DNA of 64,000 nt from Escherichia coli (GTDB lineage Bacteria; Pseudomonadota; Gammaproteobacteria; Enterobacterales; Enterobacteriaceae): the NCBI RefSeq assembly GCF_048403405.1, contig NZ_CP183129.1. One strand, written 5' to 3'. Position 1 is the stretch's first letter; the number at the start of each line of letters is the position of its first letter. The position numbers and the translations under genes are program-made. Below the pieces are notes generated by a model. That model ran no database searches. It saw only the letters and a list, made by a program, of their open reading frames with translations, and was not told the origin of the DNA. Positions 57,642 to 64,000 of this stretch are shown here, one piece after another.

Positions 57642-59786
57642 TTACTGCTGCTGTGCAGACTGAATCGCAGTCAGCGCGATGGTGTAGACGATATCGTCAA
57701 CCAGTGCGCCACGGGACAGGTCGTTAACCGGTTTGCGCATACCTTGCAGCATCGGCCCGATGGAGATCAGGTCGGCAGAACGCTGTACCGCTTTGTAGGT
57801 GGTGTTACCGGTGTTCAGATCCGGGAAGATGAACACGGTAGCGCGACCTGCAACCGGAGAGTTCGGCGCTTTGGATTTCGCAACGTCAGCCATTACCGCA
57901 GCGTCGTACTGCAGCGGACCGTCGATCATCAGGTCAGGACGTTTTTCCTGCGCCAGACGAGTTGCTTCGCGAACTTTTTCTACGTCGCTACCAGCACCAG
58001 AAGTCCCGGTGGAGTAGGAGAGCATAGCAACGCGCGGTTCGATACCGAAGGCCGCAGCGGAATCAGCGGACTGAATCGCGATTTCTGCCAGCTGTTCTGC
58101 GGTCGGATCCGGGTTGATCGCACAGTCACCGTAAACGTAAACCTGTTCCGGCAGCAGCATGAAGAACACGGAAGATACCAGGGAGCTGCCCGGTGCAGTT
58201 TTGATCAGCTGCAGCGGCGGACGGATGGTGTTTGCGGTGGTGTGAACAGCACCGGAAACCAGACCATCAACTTCATCCTGTTCCAGCATCAGCGTACCGA
58301 GAACCACGTTGTCTTCCAGCTGTTCGCGGGCAACGGTTTCGGTCATGCCTTTGTTCTTACGCAGTTCGACCAGACGACCAACATAGCTTTCGCGAACCAC
58401 TTCTGGATCAACGATTTCAATGCCTGCACCCAGTTCTACACCCTGAGACGCTGCAACACGGTTGATCTCTGCCGGATTACCCAGCAGTACGCAAGTTGCG
58501 ATACCACGTTCAGCACAGATAGCGGCTGCTTTAACGGTACGCGGTTCGTCACCTTCCGGCAGAACGATACGTTTGCCCGCTTTGCGCGCAAGTTCAGTCA
58601 GCTGATAACGGAACGCTGGCGGAGACAGACGACGGCTGCGCTCAGAAGTGGCAGTCAGAGAATCGATCCAGTCAGCGTTGATGTAGTTAGCAACGTATTC
58701 CTGAACTTTCTCGATACGCTCGTGATCGTCAACCGGAACTTCCAGGTTGAAGCTCTGCAGGCTCAGAGAAGTCTGCCAGGTGTTGGTGTTCACCATAAAT
58801 ACCGGCAGGCCGGTAGCGAAAGCACGTTCGCACAGTTTAGAAATGCGCGCGTCCATTTCGTAGCCGCCAGTCAGCAGCAGGGCACCGATTTCTACGCCGT
58901 TCATGGCAGCCAGGCAAGCGGCAACCAGCACGTCAGGACGGTCTGCGGAAGTCACCAGCAGAGAACCGGCACGGAAGTGCTCCAGCATGTGCGGAATGCT
59001 GCGTGCGCAGAAAGTGACGGATTTAACGCGGCGAGTATTGATGTCGCCTTCGTTGATGATGGTCGCATTCAGGTGGCGAGCCATATCGATCGCACGAGTC
59101 GCGATCAGGTCAAAGCTCCACGGAACCGCGCCGAGAACCGGCAGCGGGCTGGATTCTTGCAGCTTCGCCGGATCAACATTGTTTACTTTAGCTTTGGAAG
59201 AGTCGTCGAAAATCTCGGACAGATCCGGGCGAGTACGACCCTGTTCATCAACCGGTGCGTTCAGTTTGTTAACGATAACGCCGGTGATGTTGGTGTTTTT
59301 GGCACCGCCGAAGCTGTTGCGGGTCAGTTCGATACGCTCTTTCAGCTGTTCCGGGGTGTCAGTGCCCTGAGACATAACGAAGACGATTTCCGCATTCAGC
59401 GTTTTAGCGATTTCGTAGTTCAGAGACTGGGCAAACTGGTGCTTACGTGTCGGGACCAGACCTTCAACCAGAACGACTTCAGCGTCTTTGGTGTTAGCGT
59501 GGTAGTTTGCGACGATCTCTTCCATCAGCACATCTTTCTGATTGCTGGAAAGCAGACCTTCAACGTAGCTCATTTTCAGCGGTTCAGCGGCCGTCGTGGT
59601 GGAAGAGTTCGCACGCACGATAGTGGTAGTCTGATCGGGCGCATCGCCACCGGTACGCGGCTGAGCGATAGGTTTGAAAACGCTCAGACGAACGCCTTTG
59701 CGTTCCATTGCACGGATCACGCCAAGGCTGACGCTGGTCAGACCGACGCTGGTTCCGGTAGGGATCAGCATAATAATACGGGACAC
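57642..59786 (-). CDS. pta: phosphate acetyltransferase
   Basis: 714 aa, [43 protein letters not shown]... Confidence 0.98.
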   Translation of the reverse strand: MSRIIMLIPTGTSVGLTSVSLGVIRAMERKGVRLSVFKPIAQPRTGGDAPDQTTTIVRANSSTTTAAEPLKMSYVEGLLSSNQKDVLMEEIVANYHANTKDAEVVLVEGLVPTRKHQFAQSLNYEIAKTLNAEIVFVMSQGTDTPEQLKERIELTRNSFGGAKNTNITGVIVNKLNAPVDEQGRTRPDLSEIFDDSSKAKVNNVDPAKLQESSPLPVLGAVPWSFDLIATRAIDMARHLNATIINEGDINTRRVKSVTFCARSIPHMLEHFRAGSLLVTSADRPDVLVAACLAAMNGVEIGALLLTGGYEMDARISKLCERAFATGLPVFMVNTNTWQTSLSLQSFNLEVPVDDHERIEKVQEYVANYINADWIDSLTATSERSRRLSPPAFRYQLTELARKAGKRIVLPEGDEPRTVKAAAICAERGIATCVLLGNPAEINRVAASQGVELGAGIEIVDPEVVRESYVGRLVELRKNKGMTETVAREQLEDNVVLGTLMLEQDEVDGLVSGAVHTTANTIRPPLQLIKTAPGSSLVSSVFFMLLPEQVYVYGDCAINPDPTAEQLAEIAIQSADSAAAFGIEPRVAMLSYSTGTSGAGSDVEKVREATRLAQEKRPDLMIDGPLQYDAAVMADVAKSKAPNSPVAGRATVFIFPDLNTGNTTYKAVQRSADLISIGPMLQGMRKPVNDLSRGALVDDIVYTIALTAIQSAQQQ

Positions 59787-59860
59787 GGTTTATCCTCTTT
59801 CGTTACCGCCGATTTGGCGGGTTACAAAACAGCACCGCCAGCTGAGCTGGCGGTGTGAAA

Positions 59861-61063
59861 TCAGGCAGTCAGGCGGCTCGCGTCTTGCGCGATAACCAGT
59901 TCTTCGTTGGTTGGGATAACCACCGCAGGACGGGTACCTTCTTTGTTGATGAAACCAGATTTGCCGAAACGTGCAGCCAGGTTGCGTTCATGATCAACTT
60001 CAAAGCCCAGCACGCCCAGTTTGCCCAGAGACAGCTCACGAACCATCGCGGCATTTTCACCGATACCACCGGTGAATACAACAGCGTCCAGACGACCATC
60101 CATCAGCGCAGTGTAGGCACCGATGTATTTCGCCAGGCGGTGGCAGTAAACGTCCATTGCGCGCTTCGCGTCTTCTTTCGTCGCGTAGTTGTCTTCAACA
60201 TAGCGGCAGTCGCTGGTCACTTCGGTCAGACCCAGCAGGCCAGACTCTTTGGTCAGCAGTTTGTTGATTGCGTCAACGCTCATGCCCAGGGTGTCGTGCA
60301 GGTGGAAGATGATCGCCGGATCGATATCACCAGAACGGGTACCCATGACCAGACCTTCCAGCGGGGTCAGGCCCATAGAGGTGTCAACGCATTTACCGTT
60401 GCGGATAGCAGAAACGGAACCACCGTTGCCCAGGTGGCAGGTGATGATGTTCAGTTCTTCTACCGGTTTGTTCAGCATTTTTGCCGCTTCCTGGGTTACA
60501 TAGAAGTGGCTGGTGCCGTGCGCGCCGTAACGACGGATGCCGTGCTCTTTGTACAGGTTGTACGGCAGGGCGTAGAGGTAAGACTCTTCCGGCATAGTCT
60601 GGTGGAACGCGGTGTCAAATACAGCAACGTTTTTGTCTTTCAGCTGTGGGAAAGATTTCAGAGCTTCTTCGATACCGATCAGGTGAGCCGGGTTGTGCAG
60701 CGGTGCAAAAGAAGCTGCATCTTTGATACCCTGAATAACAGACTCATCGATCACTACGGAGCTGGTATACTTTTCGCCGCCGTGTACGATACGGTGACCG
60801 ATAGCAGTCAGCTGCGCAGACAGTTCTGGTTTTTGTGCCAGAATAGTATTAACGATAAAGTTGAGCGCTTCGCTGTGAGCGGCGCCTGCACCTAAAGCCG
60901 CTTCCTGTTTATTGCCGTCCATTTTCCATTTGATACGTGCTTCGGGCAGGTGGAAACATTCGGCTAAACCAGAAAGGTACTCTTCACCATTTACTGCATC
61001 GATGATGGCAAATTTCAGTGAAGAACTACCGCAGTTCAGAACCAGTACTAACTTACTCGACAT
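59861..61063 (-). CDS. ackA: acetate kinase
   Basis: 400 aa, [32 protein letters not shown]... Confidence 0.98.
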   Translation of the reverse strand: MSSKLVLVLNCGSSSLKFAIIDAVNGEEYLSGLAECFHLPEARIKWKMDGNKQEAALGAGAAHSEALNFIVNTILAQKPELSAQLTAIGHRIVHGGEKYTSSVVIDESVIQGIKDAASFAPLHNPAHLIGIEEALKSFPQLKDKNVAVFDTAFHQTMPEESYLYALPYNLYKEHGIRRYGAHGTSHFYVTQEAAKMLNKPVEELNIITCHLGNGGSVSAIRNGKCVDTSMGLTPLEGLVMGTRSGDIDPAIIFHLHDTLGMSVDAINKLLTKESGLLGLTEVTSDCRYVEDNYATKEDAKRAMDVYCHRLAKYIGAYTALMDGRLDAVVFTGGIGENAAMVRELSLGKLGVLGFEVDHERNLAARFGKSGFINKEGTRPAVVIPTNEELVIAQDASRLTA

Positions 61064-61400
61064 GGAAGTACCTATAATTGATACGTGGCTAAAAAAACGT
61101 CAGGGAGCCATAGAGCGTAGCGCATGATGACACCGACATTTATGATTAACATCATGCACTGCAAATTTTTTTTGCATGATGGAAGAAATATCTTGAGTCT
61201 ATGCCATTTTGCGTAATTTTCAGCCAATGGCATAATGTATATGAATTTGACGACTCAATGAATATGTACTACTTAGGCCTTCAGGCTGCTAAAGGATACC
61301 TGATAGTGGGTATGGAAGACAAAATGTTTTGAACGTTGTCCCGCTGAGTTGTGAATTTGCACAAATTTTTGAATCTTTATATGTGAAGTTGAGGTGAAGC

Positions 61401-61856
61401 ATGTCAACGCCGGATAATCGTTCTGTTAATTTTTTTAGCTTGTTTCGCCGGGGACAGCATTACTCAAAGACGTGGCCGATGGAAAAACGCCTTGCCCCGG
61501 TCTTTGTCGAAAATCGCGTTATCAAGATGACGCGTTATGCGATCCGTTTTATGCCGCCGATCGCCGTATTTACTCTCTGCTGGCAGATTGCCCTGGGCGG
61601 TCAGCTTGGGCCGGCAGTTGCCACTGCGCTGTTCGCTTTAAGTTTACCCATGCAGGGATTGTGGTGGCTGGGCAAACGTTCTGTAACGCCATTACCCCCT
61701 GCAATCCTTAACTGGTTTTATGAAGTTCGCGGTAAATTGCAGGAGTCTGGACAGGTGTTGGCACCCGTTGAAGGCAAGCCTGATTACCAGGCATTAGCTG
61801 ACACGCTTAAGCGCGCATTCAAACAACTGGATAAAACTTTCCTTGATGATTTGTAA
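61401..61856 (+). CDS. yfbV: UPF0208 inner membrane protein
   Basis: 151 aa; synteny. Confidence 0.93.
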   Translation: MSTPDNRSVNFFSLFRRGQHYSKTWPMEKRLAPVFVENRVIKMTRYAIRFMPPIAVFTLCWQIALGGQLGPAVATALFALSLPMQGLWWLGKRSVTPLPPAILNWFYEVRGKLQESGQVLAPVEGKPDYQALADTLKRAFKQLDKTFLDDL

Positions 61857-61860
61857 TTGA

Positions 61861-62433
<573 letters not shown>

Positions 62434-62443
62434 GGAGGCCCGC

Positions 62444-63094
62444 GTGCGGTGCAAAGGTTTTCTGTTTGATCTTGATGGAACGCTGGTGGATTCCCTGCCT
62501 GCAGTAGAACGGGCGTGGAGCAACTGGGCCAGACGTCATGGGTTAGCGCCGGAAGAGGTGCTGGCTTTTATTCACGGTAAACAGGCGATCACCTCTCTGC
62601 GCCATTTTATGGCGGGCAAATCCGAGGCTGATATTGCCGCCGAGTTTACGCGTCTGGAGCAAATCGAGGCCACGGAAACCGAGGGTATTACCGCGCTTCC
62701 GGGGGCAATCGCCTTACTCAATCATTTGAATAAAGCAGGTATTCCGTGGGCCATTGTGACTTCTGGCTCCATGCCGGTAGCGCGAGCGCGCCATAAAGTA
62801 GCTGGGCTTCCCGCACCAGAGGTGTTTGTAACCGCTGAGCGAGTGAAGCGCGGAAAACCAGAACCTGATGCGTATCTGTTAGGCGCGCAGCTGCTTGGGC
62901 TTGCGCCGCAGGAGTGTGTGGTGGTGGAAGATGCTCCCGCTGGCGTGCTTTCTGGCCTGGCGGCGGGTTGTCATGTCATTGCGGTTAACGCTCCGGCAGA
63001 TACCCCGCGCCTGAATGAGGTCGATTTGGTCCTCCACAGTCTGGAGCAAATTACTGTGACCAAACAGCCAAATGGCGATGTTATTATTCAGTGA
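62444..63094 (+). CDS. hxpA: HAD-family hexitol/sugar phosphatase
   Basis: 216 aa, (M)RCKGFLFDLDGTLVDS... with the HAD motif I (YfbT of K-12). Confidence 0.93.
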   Translation: MRCKGFLFDLDGTLVDSLPAVERAWSNWARRHGLAPEEVLAFIHGKQAITSLRHFMAGKSEADIAAEFTRLEQIEATETEGITALPGAIALLNHLNKAGIPWAIVTSGSMPVARARHKVAGLPAPEVFVTAERVKRGKPEPDAYLLGAQLLGLAPQECVVVEDAPAGVLSGLAAGCHVIAVNAPADTPRLNEVDLVLHSLEQITVTKQPNGDVIIQ

Positions 63095-63112
63095 AACACC
63101 TGATCATGATTT

Positions 63113-63138
63113 AGCCCCGTCTCGTCGGGGCTTTTTTA
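63113..63138 (+). terminator. yfbT terminator
   Basis: AGCCCCG-TCTCGT-CGGGGCT followed by TTTTTAT. Confidence 0.8.
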
Positions 63139-63180
63139 TGGCAGAATCAAGTCATCCCCCTCAATTAACAAGGATAAGTT

Positions 63181-64000
63181 GTGAACGGTGAATTGATTTG
63201 GGTTCTTTCATTACTGGCCGTTGCCATCGTCTTGTTTGCGACGGGCAGAGTGCGTATGGATGCGGTCGCTTTGTTTGTTATTGTCGCGTTTGCATTAAGC
63301 GGAACGCTGACGGTCCCCGAAGTATTTTCCGGCTTTTCCGATCCTAACGTTGTCCTGATTGCCGCCTTGTTCATTATTGGCGATGGTTTGGTCCGTACCG
63401 GTGTTGCCACTGTAATGGGGACATGGCTGGTCAAAGTGGCGGGCAACAGTGAAATCAAAATGTTGGTTTTGTTGATGCTGACCGTCGCGGGGCTTGGCGC
63501 GTTTATGAGTTCAACCGGCGTTGTCGCTATCTTTATTCCTGTGGTGTTAAGCGTTGCCATGCGTATGCAAACGTCGCCGTCGCGCCTGATGATGCCGTTA
63601 AGTTTTGCCGGGCTGATAAGCGGCATGATGACGCTGGTGGCGACGCCGCCGAACCTGGTAGTCAACAGTGAATTGCTGCGTGAAGGCTATCATGGTTTTA
63701 GTTTCTTTAGCGTAACACCTATTGGCCTGGTCGTGCTGGTGCTGGGTATTTTGTATATGTTAGTGATGCGTTTCATGCTGAAAGGGGATACCCAGACCCC
63801 GCAGCGCGAAGGCTGGACGCGTCGAACCTTTCGCGATCTTATCCGTGAATATCGACTGACCGGGCGTGCGCGTCGTCTGGCTATTCGCCCCGGTTCGCCA
63901 ATGATTGGTCAACGGCTGGACGATCTCAAACTACGTGAGCGTTATGGCGCTAACGTCATCGGTGTTGAACGCTGGCGGCGTTTTCGTCGCGTTATCGTGA
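63181..64000 (+). CDS. yfbS: SLC13/DASS-family permease with TrkA-C domains; 3' end beyond the window
   Basis: Absent from the ORF track because there is no stop in the window. GTG 63181 follows AAGGA. Hand translation gives [43 protein letters not shown]... and is open to nt 64000. Confidence 0.9.

Noticed and set aside
57588-59858. 756-aa plus-strand ORF, the longest 'novel' ORF in the core region
   Set aside because: It is the antisense shadow of pta (57642-59786, minus), whose product matches E. coli Pta end to end. The plus-strand translation is Arg/Gln/Val-rich and low-complexity, with no SD.
59855-60895. 346-aa plus-strand ORF
   Set aside because: Antisense shadow of ackA; same reasoning as for pta.
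63165-63665. 166-aa minus-strand ORF at the right edge
   Set aside because: It is antisense to yfbS, which starts at GTG 63181 on the plus strand and stays open to the end of the window with a sequence matching K-12 YfbS.

Overview
About 64 kb of Escherichia coli chromosome. All coordinates of small features were indexed by hand, and nothing was computed or searched.

**Core block (nt ~36.5-64 kb).** This is the conserved block pdxB-usg-truA-dedA-accD-folC-dedD-cvpA-purF-ubiX-argT-hisJQMP-yfcI-yfcH-folX-yfcG-yfcF-yfcE-yfcD-yfcC-pta-ackA-yfbV-yfbU-yfbT-yfbS. It is reverse-complemented relative to the K-12 map and looks ordinary.

**Prophage (nt ~1.3-36.5 kb).** This is a complete-looking P2-family prophage integrated about 160 bp upstream of pdxB. 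It carries int-C, a divergent cox-to-A early operon, cos, Q-P and O-N-M-L head genes, X, a lysis cassette, R-S-V-W-J-I-H-G, FI-FII-E-T-U, D and ogr.

The prophage departs from the P2 paradigm in several ways:
1. A ~79-nt C4-type (P1/P7-like) antisense RNA sits inside the early operon. Its two-box target is duplicated, and one copy covers the RBS of a 76-aa ORF upstream of gene A.
2. An AT-rich two-gene membrane-protein cassette with its own promoter, leader and terminator occupies the old/tin cargo hotspot next to cos. It is a candidate anti-phage or exclusion module.
3. A plasmid R1-type parM/parR pair with parC-like repeats lies downstream of gene A.
4. A Gin/Pin-type invertase with a ~3.1 kb invertible tail-fibre segment carries two alternative H C-termini and two chaperones.
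5. The FI-to-U tail operon is inverted relative to canonical synteny.
6. A Hok/Gef-type toxin ORF, missed by the ORF track, lies beyond ogr.

**Left edge (nt 1-1121).** This is an AT-rich two-gene operon encoding a zinc-ribbon membrane protein and a VasI/TagO-like secreted protein. It is not the flk gene that flanks pdxB in K-12.
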